A stretch of 64,000 nucleotides of DNA from Sarea resinae (taxonomy: Eukaryota): contig JAPEUD010000044.1 of assembly GCA_026026165.1 (NCBI GenBank), positions 62,001 to 126,000 of the forward strand, in the 5' to 3' direction. Below are positions 24,565-36,048 of the stretch, one piece after another. The notes beneath the pieces were generated by a model, which saw only the letters and a list, made by a program, of their open reading frames with translations, was not told where the DNA came from and made no database searches. A program made the translations under genes and the position numbers. Numbering within the stretch: the first letter of the stretch is position 1; the number at the start of each line of letters is the position of its first letter.

Positions 24565-27086
24565 ATCGTTTGGCATTGACAGGCGACAAGGATAGAGTCG
24601 TCCTCCCTCTGGGTTTGAGAGGTTGTTTTAGCGGAAACTTCAATTGCAATGGCGAAATGATGCGGCGGATGGAATAGACAAAACGTATTGAATCGTGTTG
24701 AGGTGTCCGCTTCCGAGGAGTCGGCACTACGAGGCAGGGGATTGTGATAGCTCTTTGTCCATGGACCTCTTCTATAATGAGAATTGATAATCGAAATAGC
24801 TCACAAAGCAGCTTCTTATTGGTGTCCTCTCAAATGTGAAGTGTTTGCATGAAGAGAACTCATCCTCGATGTAGATGGCAAAGACGGCCATAAGATCGGA
24901 CGAAGCACAAACTTGGTTTGGACTATGTCACTAGTAGTGGCTGGGGGCTCCTCATATCAGATGCAGATGAAAAACTGTAAATTAACGCCCTTTAGCTCTG
25001 CGCCGTTCAGGGTGACAACGGCTTTTGAGTGGGGAAGACAAATATAGTATATGTAGCACTACATGTCGGGGCTTGCACGGCCAAGAAAACCTGTCTAGAC
25101 GAGCTTAGGCAGGCACATACAGGAGTTCATTTGGTAGTGCCTGCCGAGCGATGAACGACCGGTCCATCGACAGTAGGGATTATTGGTACTAGCAAGACAT
25201 GTGCATCTCTGATTGAGAATTGTCGGCTTTCCAAGGTCAGGGGGGAGGATGCGAAAGGCAAAGCTTTCTTCTCGCCCACGGTATCACGGACGCCAGGTCG
25301 CCTCCCGTCGAGCCACTGAGCCCGAGCAGACGAAGAAGGTCGGAGTTAGGATGGATGGGAGAGGAGAAAGTCCTTTGTCTGGATGCTTTTCACCGTGTGA
25401 GATTTTCAACAATGGAAGCCGAGACTCCACAAAACTTAGGAGAGCCTGTGCACATGGCAGATATACTCCGGACGATGTCCACCAGCATCCATCAGGATCC
25501 ACTTCCGCAACCCAAGTCTCTATTACCTATGTATTCCCTGGAACCTTTTCCGGACCGGAGAAACGTATAGCGCTTCATTTCAGACTTCAAGGCGCCAAGC
25601 CGGTGACAGTCCTCTAGTGAGGTAGAGTCTCAGCTTCCATTGCCTTGGCCGGAAATGAAGGCGGCATACCGGGATAGAGGAGAGTTCGGCTTCCGTTTGG
25701 CATTAATACTACCTAGGTAACCAGAAGGGACCCCTCGGACCTTAGCCGTCGTCCAATCTGGCGGTGAAGCAAAAACTGCATCTCCCAGGATGGCCGGATC
25801 TGGTACATGCATGGATTCATAGAGTACTATCCATGATGTACCCGCACGGAGAAGAAGTCGGGGATAAGACATGCACTTGAACAAAGGCCAGCAAGCATGC
25901 CACGTGCCTGCTCAGAGCCCAGCTGCCCAGCCCAAACACGACAGCAGTAGAGGAGCCCAGGCATTCGCGACATAGCTACAGTCGAGAGTACTACAGCGTA
26001 AGAGCACGACTGACAGCCGTTGCAGGTTCTGATATGACGGCCGGAGGTACCTTGGGGTACTGCAGTGCAGCCCTCATTGAAAGTATCTCCTTCAATATCG
26101 AGACGGGCTGCTCTGGGCTGCCTTCGTCTACTCGAGTATCATGACGACGAGTACACGGTACTCTCCTCGGTGCACACAAGTCCCGCACAGCGGCGTGGAC
26201 CTCCAAGTACTCAGTACCTCCTATACTCTTTTCTCGTTCATACCAACTTGTTTGCCCTGCATAGAAGTTTCTTGGGATCTTCGACGCCCTCCCCCCGCGG
26301 CCCTTGCCTCTTCCAGCATCCATCGCAACCCCATCACCACCGCATCACCCGAAGGGTCACTTGGGCCACTTCGGCCGCTGGAGTCACCCTCACTTTCCGA
26401 ATCGTTCCTGTTCCTGTTGATCGACGCGCTATTCTCCGACTACTTACCGCTTGCCTTACCCGAGCTCTACTTCATACTATTTACTAGAGCATCGTTCACC
26501 ACGACTCCCAGTCCTCTACCTACTCTAGTCTGCTTCTCCACTACCGGTGCCCATTATCATTCGAAACTCTCTCCTCTCTCTCCACAAGTCGACTCGACTC
26601 CGTACAAGTCTCGACCCTCAAGGTAAGGTAGGTAGGTAGCAACGCAGCTGCAGCTATACCTTACTTCGTTGTTGTGTTGCACTCCACTCGTTAGTATTCA
26701 GTTCGCGAATCCGTCATCAATCTTCCTGGTCCTTTGCCACGCTTTCGCATCGATCACTGGGATCTCAACGACCGCTCCTTGGCGGATCGGTGTTTGTTGT
26801 GACTTGCTTCGATCCTGTCTTTCCGACGTCCCTTCGAACCCTGGAGCAATTTTGTTGATCCCCGCAATACCTGAGAGCCCAAGGACCGGTTCCTATCCAT
26901 TGCTTGTTGCCAGGATGGTCAGACGGCAAGCCGACTTCATCTGTTGATCTTCGGACTGGAGGCGCTTGGCTGGACTTCTGTTTTGGCCAAACGGCTTGTC
27001 TTGACGCGGCGAAGCTTCTCTGAGGCTTTCGTCAGCACTGACCATCTATTAATCTCTACCTGTGACCAAGCCGGGGCGCAATTGCT

Positions 27087-28533
27087 ATGATGACCCAGCT
27101 CCCAGTCGGTATTATCACCAGCAGCGAGACCATCACGACCAACATCCAGAGCATCGATCATGTTGCAATCGAAGATATAGCCCGTTTGTGGAAAGGTGCT
27201 ATTTGTCCTCCTAGGCGATCTGATGACCTCCGCTGATCTGGACATCGTCATGTAGCATACAAGGCAAACCGAGCCTTGATCAATAATGATGTTGGGCGGC
27301 GATTGGAGAACTTTTTCTGGAGGGTATGGAGTAATGGCGAAATACTTCCGTTCATCAAAGGCTCTACATTAGGAGGTCTTTTCATCAAAATCTCCGAGGG
27401 AGATAATGTCATTCGCACGGCTCCGATGCAATCTCCTCACCAGAGTAGCACGGATTCTTCAGAAGCACGGCTTGTACGTCATCCCATGTCCTTCGGAAGA
27501 ATGTTCTAGGACAGGCGGCTAACAATCGCAGATCGATTCTCCTTCACTGTCAGAAACGGCAAAGCCTCGCCAATCTTCCAAACTCCCTCCGCCGATATTA
27601 AAAAAGCCGAAAACCCAAGCGAATAAAGATCTTCACAAGACAGCTAGGATAGCCGCGCCGACACCCTATAGCGAAAGAGAGGAGCATACTACTGTATGCC
27701 GCCCCTCAAACTCAGCCTCGAGCACCGCGGGCACGTTACCTACTAGACATTACCCCGAGAACAATCATGGGCCTGGTCGAAAAAGGACGGCCTTTGTAGC
27801 AAATACCACTAATGGGCGACGACGCCCTGCTACGATTCGGCGGAAGCATTCACAGCCAACCACCACGACGTTATCTACCAACAGGCTGGCCGAACAGGGT
27901 GAGAAGAGGAGTCAACGGAGCCAGTCCGTCCAAGAGCCATCTCCGTTATCAGGTAAGCTGTGAACGACCTTCAGTAGTGTTCTTTGATACTAAGGCATTC
28001 CAGGGCGCGTAGATCAAGAGATCTGCGAAGGATCCGTACAGCTTGACGGAAGCTCTCGACGCAAGTCGGATAGTCACACCCTTCAAGTGAAGTCAGCGGA
28101 GCGTGTTGAGGATCAAACGCCACAAGAGATGATTCGAAAAACACTGTATAACACGAGGCTTGGGAAGGAGCCCGAAATTGCCGTAGTGGATGATGAACCC
28201 CGCTTCAAGTTCTTAGACGGCAGGCGGGACGAGGAGCTCGCACCGATATCCTTCCGGCGAGGCTCAATGAAGACTGCTCCTGTAGTAGCATCCACCTCAG
28301 CAGCAGCTGGAGGCACTCTCGACGTCCCGGATCCCTGGAATACTCTCAAAAGCGGGATGAAAGGAAAGCAGAGGGCAACATCGGATTCCTCGGGCGCGGA
28401 CACGGACGGAGCCCGATCTACTACTCTCTCTCGGTCTCAGAGTCAGCTCACTCTGCTGCTGGAGAGGGATCGGCGGCATAGCGAGGGCATACTGAAAACG
28501 CCCGATTCGCCTCAACGAAAATCTTCTTCATAA
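27087..28533 (+). CDS. DUF1752 (AreA N-terminal-like) domain protein, Ser/Pro/Arg-rich; 4 exons
   Basis: MMTQLPVGII...EDIARLWK|AYKANRALINNDVGRRLENFFWRVWS (the RLENxxWRxW DUF1752 motif), then PPPILKK and SRSQSQLTLLLER. Canonical introns at ~27196-27255, ~27474-27531 and ~27953-28003. Confidence 0.82.
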
Positions 28534-29270
28534 TGATTAACCGATTCTCGTACTTGGGTATCGGCCTGGTTTTTTTTTTTCCCTCTTTCACGCGCGGGGT
28601 GGCTTGTAGGTGTTTTTGATTGCCAATTCTCGGCAGTTCGGCGTCTTCATAGGGTTGTATTCCATGGATGTTGCTTGTAGGTAGGTAGGTGTACGATAAT
28701 GGTGTTTCGGCTCGGTGTGGTAACATGGTCCTCGTCTTGGTGCACTTTCATCCTGCCTACGGGAGGCGATACGATAGGGACAGTACGCTTTGTTTTGTTT
28801 TCTTTTATTTTGTTTGTTGGGCTTGAGCTTGGGCTGGGGCTTGGATGTGATTGTTGTGTACGTGGGGTCGGCCTTTTTATTTTTATTTTTACTTTGTTTT
28901 TGCCTTTTTTGCTCTTTTTTTCTCACGCACATGCATGCATCTGGGTACAATAATCCTGATATCGGGATCATGCGTTTCCCTGGGCATCGTCGTCGAGATT
29001 TCGGTCTTCGTCGTTTTGTACGAATTAAGACGGTATAGCTTCATCGGGTCGTCGCATGGATGGATGGCTAGTGGCGGACTATCGATTATACCCTAATTGT
29101 GAACCTAGATGGGTCGGACTGCCGCGTTTCCGTGCTCGACTATGACCAAGTTGCCCCCGTGAACGTTGGATGCCGTGCCAGATGAACACGGAATACGAAG
29201 GGAGGGGGCAAAGGCAAGGTTTGTGGGGAAAACTAGAGGGGATGAAAGTGCACTTTCTTCCTTGGTAACG

Positions 29271-29294
29271 ATATATATATATATATATATATAT
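29271..29294. repeat. (AT)12 microsatellite
   Basis: Direct reading. Confidence 0.95.
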
Positions 29295-29714
29295 CATCTT
29301 CACTCTTTCTTTCTTTCTTTCGGGTGCCTACATACAGAAGACATATACGTCTATGGAGAAGGAGTGATCGACTATAACGAGGGAAATATCGACAACGACA
29401 CGGGTGGCCGATAGATAGAGTAGGATGGTAAATAGAGGAGACAGGAGGCGCCAGGCAGGTATAGTGGATGAGATAAAAGAAGCAAAAGGGCGAAAGGGGA
29501 AATATTTAGGAACGATGAATGTGCGGATATTCCCATTACATCCTGCTGATGGAAGAGCAAGGTACCAATATCACTCGTCCAAAGGGCTTGGGCGGAAAGA
29601 GAGTAGAGTCACGCTGCGTCTTCAAGCGTCTTCCAGGAGTGACAGAAAGGGACGAAAAAAACAAAGTCGCTGCGTAGGACGGGAAGATCGGAGACAAGAG
29701 TCTTGAGGATCCGT

Positions 29715-30946
29715 CTATTCGGGCTGCTGCTGCTGCTGCTGCTTCTCATCCACAACCTCCTGCTGGCCTTCTGCCTCTTCGTAAGCCGGCGGCGCCGACT
29801 CCTTCTCCATGACGCCCGCGCCGGCTTCAGCTTCGCCTTCCGTGGCGGGCTCGTCCTGTTGCACCTTCGTGTAAGGGCCCTTCTTTCCGCCCCGATGGTA
29901 CCGGATCCAGACCCACACGAGGACCTTGCCAACAACCATGCCGATGGCGCTGGTAAGCATGCCGGCGGCGATTCCAAACATGACGGGCAGCAGGATGAAG
30001 AAGAAGATGTTCTGCGCTGTGCGGAGGAAGGTGTGATGCCAGTGGCGATGGCCCATACGTCCATGCTGCGGGCCATGCGGACCATGGCGGTTGATGTAAT
30101 GTGGTGGGTGGTGCGAGCCTGGATGTACAGAGTCGACTGTCTGCATCGGTCCCGACTTGTGGCGGTGGCAGCCCTTTGGCCGGGACTTCACAGCGTTGAC
30201 CTTGTCCTCCAGGATGGCCTTCCACTTGCACAAGAGCGGGAATGTTGTGCATTCCTTGGCTTCGCCGGCCTTCTCCTGGTCACTGGGACTAGCGGGGCGG
30301 TTCGGGTCGGCAACCTTGTCGGCGCGGAGAATGGAAAGATGGCCATCTGCGGACTTGAGAAGTTGGAGAACAACTTGGTCGACATTGACGAATTGGCGAT
30401 CGACCTTGAGAATGTTCAACTGGATCGTTACGAGTTTGATGTCTTTGTCCTCAGCTATCTCTACTGGAGCCAGGACCCAGAGACTGTAGCTGAGACCAAG
30501 TGATGGCGAGCTAGTCTCCTGGTCCCCGGCCTTCGGGTCGACAGAAGACGACTCCAGACGGTGCAAAGGCGCGGATAGGGAAGTACGAACGCCGCCGTTG
30601 AGGGGATAGATTGGGACGTCATTCATATTCAAGGTCTCGGGATCGGTAGCAGGAACGCTGAAGTTGAGCACCTAGGATGAGTCGGTCAGCCAACGTCTGG
30701 TTTGGTCATGGGATGAAGAGAACTGACCAGCGCATACGGTACGTTCGGGACCCAGTTGTATCCGCCGTCCTCGCGAGCCTCAGCGTAGAGGCAGCCATTA
30801 CAGTCGAGTTCCAGGACCTGAGGGTTGAGGTCGACGATGTTGTTGGCGACATCCTTGGAAAAGTCGTCGCCGATGCTGGGTGGGATCAAGAAGGAATTTG
30901 CGGTCAACGCAAAGGTGGCACACAGTGCCAGCGAGCGGAAAAGCAT
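29715..30946 (-). CDS. Fungal type I membrane protein of unknown function (signal peptide, luminal domain, His-rich segment, TM helix, cytosolic PPAY and poly-Q); 2 exons
   Basis: Signal peptide MLFRSLALCATFALTANSFLIPP. ORFs 30686-30946 and 29715-30671 are linked by an intron at ~30727-30672. KECTTFPLLCKWKA motif; TM IFFFILLPVMFGIAAGMLTSAIGMVVGKVLVWVWI. Confidence 0.82.
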
Positions 30947-32003
30947 GGTGGTGTATGAGAGGTTTAACGTCGATGGCGACGGGAGATCCGAGAAGTGGGT
31001 TTGTCCCAGTTGAGGCAGCCAACGGGGTCAAGAAAAGGAACAAGTGGTGATGGGTGATACGGAGCAAGGCGATGATGAACGGTGTCGAATGTCGAATGTC
31101 GAATGGAAGAAGCTGACTGATGCCTTTCACAGCATGAGGGAGAGAGAGGATTGAATGGAGGAGGATGGTGTCAGGAGTGGAGGGGAAGTACTACGTACTG
31201 TAGTACTGCCAGTAGGTTCCGTGATCCACCGCTATCGTGCAGGTACGTACCTCTGCAGCGGCCGCTTGGGGTCTGGCGCTGGGGGTGACGTTGTCGGCCG
31301 CGTGTTCACGCAGGGAAAGGTACTGTAAGGTATGTACGCTGTACTCCGGAGTCCTCTGTACTCGTGGACGTTGTGTTGCAGTGTTCGCACCTGCCTTCAA
31401 CCCGTTGTTCGTTGTTCGTACCTACTTGATCGGGCTGCTGCGGGCACGCCTTCCAGAGTAGTAAGCTACTCCGAGTAGTCAATTCATCCAGACGATATCC
31501 TACTCAGTACGGAGTATGCATTTGATAATAGATATACATCGTAGCATTCTTTTCAGCTTCATGTGGAGAGGATAAGCGTCTGGCGATCCATGTCCGCCGC
31601 TGCTGCCGTCAACTGAGCCACATGCCCGGATAACAATGCACGGCCTCGTATGCTGCAGTCACAATTGACTCCAAACTCTTCCACTCTCCCTCGGGCACGC
31701 CTTCTCTTTCCCTTCGCCCACTTTCTCTCTCAGGCGCACCCCTTCCTCCACAAATGACCATGAGCAGTCCCACCCCAGATGCTCCGTTCAATCGCCAGCT
31801 CACGTGCCGCTGGCAGGCGGGCGGGACCAGCAGGAGTCTTAGACGGGTGTCGAGACTGCGCTCTCGATCCCACTCTCCGTCGAGCCATGTAATGGGAAGG
31901 GTGCTATCGCATCCCCTACTTCACAGGCACCCCTCAGCAGGGCTGTCGTACCAAGGGTCTTTGCTGGCGCCTCTGTGGCTATTGCTGCACGCGTAAAGGC
32001 CCT

Positions 32004-32749
32004 TCAACCCTCTGCTGATCCATTACGGCTGCGCCCGTTGACCTGTTCTTCTGGTAACCCTTCGGTATCCTCTGCCTCTCGAGGCTCGTCGTCATCGGCA
32101 TCAATCTCGTCAATCTCTTCTCCAAGCGGACTGACGCGCTCGTCAAGTAGATCCAGGTCTTCAAGTAGTTGGCGATTCGGCAATTTCCAAAGCGAAGTTG
32201 CGCAGACGCGGTCTTTGGTCAAAAGATCATCCACGAATTGGTCCATATATGTGAGCACGAAGCCATCATTCCTTCGCCGCTTTATCTTGCTATAGTCCGC
32301 GAGGAGTGGCTCAAGTGTCTTGTAAACGTCCGGAGGATCGAAGGTCAGTCGGACGTAGAAAGCCGCAAGTGCTCGAAGGTACCTGTTATCTCTTGTCAAC
32401 AAATTTTACCCTTGCACACCGCGGCCGTAGCATACTTGAAGTCCTCATTATGGAGATACTCTAAGACAATCTCTCTGTCTGGATGTAGCTGCAGAAGCTT
32501 GAAAGCCAAGCATAGAAAAGGTGTGGGCTTCTGCTGTCCATATGTTCCGCCAATGAATGTGACCTCTACCGCTCGATCGCACAGTGTTGCTGCATTCAAT
32601 GCAAAGCATTGCTCCTTCCAGTAATATGACTCCGTAATGCGGTCCCGGACTGGCTTTTCCATGAGCAGCGCAGGATTCTGACCGCGAACCAGCTCGCCTT
32701 CGTATCCCCGCTCATCCAACATGGACTTCGCATCCGGACGGTGAGACAT
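32004..32749 (-). CDS. PRP38: Pre-mRNA splicing factor Prp38(A); 2 exons
   Basis: VRGQNPALLMEKPVRDRITESYYWKEQCFALNA, IGGTYGQQKPTPFLCLAFKLLQL, DFK|YLRALAAFYVRL, YKTLEPLLADY, MDQFVDDLLTKDRVC. Confidence 0.94.
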
Positions 32750-33068
32750 GGTGGCGGAATAGATCGGATAGACGAGAAAGGCTGGGATGGACTGAGCAAG
32801 ATTGTAGGCCAAGTGGATGCACTTAGAGGAGGTGACTATCGATTTGGTGATGCTAATCGCGACGGGAAAGTTTGCGCAAAGATGAGCCCAAATTAGAGGT
32901 CGCCGCACCGAAGCGATTGTTGTCCTGGAGACCGGAAATCGCCGCCATATGTCTCTTGAAGTGTCAACAGTCGCTCTCCGTCATCGACTCGGTCCTCGTG
33001 CTGCATTCTTCATTCCACAGGCTGCATGATTTGGCATCTTTGACTTTCCAGACCAAAGCCATCCCAAT

Positions 33069-34353
33069 ATGCTGCTTACAAGCGGGCAAGTTTCCATGAC
33101 CATTTCATCCTGCATAGGTTGGTGATCCAGCTCTACTTGAAGCATTGAAAATACTGACACTTATTCAAGTCTTCCTTTTCACATCTCTCCTATTTCTTTC
33201 GGGTTACGTACTTCAGCAGCAAACAGTAAGGAGCATACAGCAGGTGATTAACAAACCGTCGCCCGGGCATGGAAGTCAGTCGACCGCGGCCGCTTCACCA
33301 TCATCCACTGCAGTCGCACGGACGTTTGGCCAGACTCCAGGCTCCAGAGGTCATGCATCGTTTCAAGAATACTTGTCGAGACCCTCAGAGGGATGGAGCA
33401 AGGTAGCATATGCGCAGCTGGTCACGGATCATGCACAAGTCTGTACCGCTGTGATGCTCTTCGCAGATCTATATCGCATGAAAAGTCCTGCGCAAAGGGT
33501 GTTGCTATTCCCGAAAACATGGGCCACAACAGGCAAAGGGGAATACTCAGATCCTTATCTCGACACGAGCAAACGGCTTCTCAAGATGGCCGCTAGACGC
33601 TATGATGTGACGCTGCAGCCGGTCGACCCGATAGTCGAAGGCGCAGATGGTATGATCCGCTACCCGATCTCCATCTGATGCTTTTCTCTAAGATAATTCA
33701 CAGACTCCAAGCCATCCTCATACCCATTAGCTTTGCTATTTTCCCTCAAGCAATACAAACGGCTACTATACCTTCAACCCTCCGGCTTCCTGCTCGACTC
33801 TTCGCCACTTGACTCGCTCCTTACTATCCCCTTCGAATCCTCCTTGGCTGCACTGCCCGCGGACTCGACGCCAGCACAGTCAGCCTCTGCGCTTTTTATT
33901 CAGCCATCCGCTCCACACTCTTCTCAATTTCAAGACTCGTCGCTCACAGGGGCTTTCTCAGTTGCAGACCTCCTGAGGATACTGCCTGCTGAGTCGTTGC
34001 CTGTCTCAGCAGAAGAAGTCGATTCTCTAGTACGAGAAACGTCTTCCCTGTCTCAAGAAGCTGGGGATTTCAACGTCACGGCCTTCTTCTCCACCGCAGC
34101 ATACCTCCAGTTTTCAGACCCCCACCTACCTGGGCCAGAGTATGACATACCGAGGATGGACTTTCTGCGGGCAAAGCCATCTAACGTAGGAGCAAGAGTT
34201 GCTTGGGAGAGCATGTACGAAAAATTCAGGGAAAGAAGAATGGACTCCTGCGGATTGGACCTCGAGCCCTACAGGCCGCCAGCAATTGAGGAAATCAAAG
34301 ATAGCGAAACGCCCAACGAGGCATTGGAGAACGACACGCAGACGGAGCTATGA
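33069..34353 (+). CDS. Glycosyltransferase family 8-like (Gnt1-like) type II membrane protein, apparently degenerate; 3 exons
   Basis: MLLTSGQVSMTISSCI|VFLFTSLLFLSGYVLQQQ (signal anchor), WSKVAYAQLVT...CTAVMLFADLYRMKSPAQRVLLFP, LFSLKQYKRLLYL, AYLQFSDPHLPGPEY, WESMYEKFRERRMDSC. Confidence 0.75.
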
Positions 34354-34713
34354 AGTGCATCTTGACTTTTGATATGATAAATTGGGGTCGGACTTTAGGA
34401 AATTGGCGTTTGGTTTTGGGTAGGAACGGGAACAATGCAACTCCCATTGATGGCATGGATATTGAGCGAAGCGTGGTGTACGCGATGGTCCAAGGATCTT
34501 CTTTTTATATGATTAATACATCGATCGATCTGGCAGGAACCATGCGTGCTCCCCAGATCCCAGATCGGAATTGATGGATTGATACTTTGCCGACTTTCAG
34601 AAGACCTCAGAAATTCAATAAATCCGTTTGCAATCCCAACTCCCAAACGCCATTGCTATGCTGTGTTGCTCTGTCTCAAGCTGCGCTCCTTCAGCCCGTC
34701 ACAAGCGCACAAT

Positions 34714-35593
34714 TCATCCAAGTTTGTCCAATAGGCGCCTTCTTCTCCGGTCAACAAGTTCTTCTTGCACTTCGTCCCCTGTTGGTAATTGCCAGCCGTC
34801 GCCGTCTCCGCCGTCACCAGGTAATGGTTCCCAATCAGGAGGGGCCTTGCCTTCTCCACTTTTCATTAGGTTCTCAAACGCCTCTTTCTCTTTTTGAGAC
34901 TCGTAGTCCAGAAGTGTTCCGTCCTCCTCATCTAAATTGTAGCCGTAGTATAGCGCATCAACTTGTCTCCTGAGGTCCGCACGGCGTTCTAATGGCTTGT
35001 CGGGAGGTGGTTTCGGTTTCGCTGATTCGAACAATTCCTTTACGCCCGGTAGCTCCCTTGCCCGCCCATAGTACCTAGGCAGAGGCAACATCCATCAGCA
35101 TCTCTTCACTCAAAACAGCCGCGACATCGCCAGCATGGGACCAAGGAACATACCTGTAACCCTTGGATGCGCCAGGAATCTCTCTCCCGTCTTCATCGTA
35201 GACTCGTCCGCCGCCCCGCATATAATTCGGACCCCCCAGATTACGAATCTGGACCTCCCACATGTGTTTCTCTCGCATTGCTTTATTGATCTCATCGTTC
35301 AGATCCCGGATCTGGTAGTCGCTGAGACTTGCCTCTTGGATCCTCGATACTTTGCGCGATATTTCCTTGAGCACTTGGCCGCGCCATTTCTCGCATGACG
35401 GGATCGAGTTCACTTCCGTGATGACCTTTGGGCGTCGGGATCGGCCAGCGTCGACGATTCCAAGATCAGCAGCTTGCTGTTCCCGGAAACGAAACAGCAT
35501 AGACTGCGCCTTTTCTGAATTACGCGCCTACAGGTCATATTGATATTAGCCACTGTGTGAAAAGGATGGAGTACCCAGGCTAGAGAATACCAT
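34714..35593 (-). CDS. ISY1: Pre-mRNA splicing factor Isy1 (NTC); the first coding exon is only ATG
   Basis: ATG|gtattc..tag|ARNSEKAQSMLFRFRE...CEKWRGQVLKEISRKVSRIQ...IRDLNDEINK...LGGPNY...GYR|YYGRARELPGVKELF...YYGY...EEDG. Confidence 0.95.
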
Positions 35594-36048
35594 AGTGAGA
35601 GTGTGGTTCAGGCCTCGATTAATTCCTGAAAATTCGGGCTGTGGACGACGATGTCGGCTTCGACTGAATTCGAGATGTGAAAGGAAAGGAAGCTGGATGC
35701 GCTCGGTGCAGGGTAACCCCTCGGATCATATATACTTTGGATTCACAAGCCTGCGATTCCTGGCGGTAATTGAAACACCTGTCAACTCATGCGTATCGCC
35801 ATCTGCGTATGACTTTACACTGCGCTCTATCTGTTTGCTTCCACTTGTAATGGCAATACTTGATGAAAGCTGTGACGACAACATCAATTGGTTACAATTG
35901 CACGGGACTATTTCAAATCAACAAAAATGCATAGTCGTAACATGATAGGATGCCCAACGCCCGCAACATGCTCTTGCCGTCACCACGACGCCGTACAACC
36001 CTATGCTTTGAAAATGCCCAGAATTTCAGCTCACTGCCAGACCCCAAT

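Noticed and set aside
25213..26947. Cluster of 70-160 aa ORFs upstream of the DUF1752 gene
   Set aside because: Overlapping, motif-free and low in complexity; consistent with promoter/UTR sequence.
28588..29560. Hydrophobic or Lys-rich ORFs in T-rich/A-rich sequence
   Set aside because: Products of low-complexity convergent 3'UTRs and the (AT)n repeat.
29703..30503. 266-aa plus-strand ORF with an apparent signal peptide (LLLLLLL)
   Set aside because: Antisense to the type I membrane protein; the poly-Leu is simply the complement of its CAG/poly-Q repeat.
32004..35593. PRP38 and ISY1 as a spliceosome gene cluster
   Set aside because: Only two genes, separated by an unrelated gene, with no shared promoter motif seen. 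Proximity is plausibly chance.
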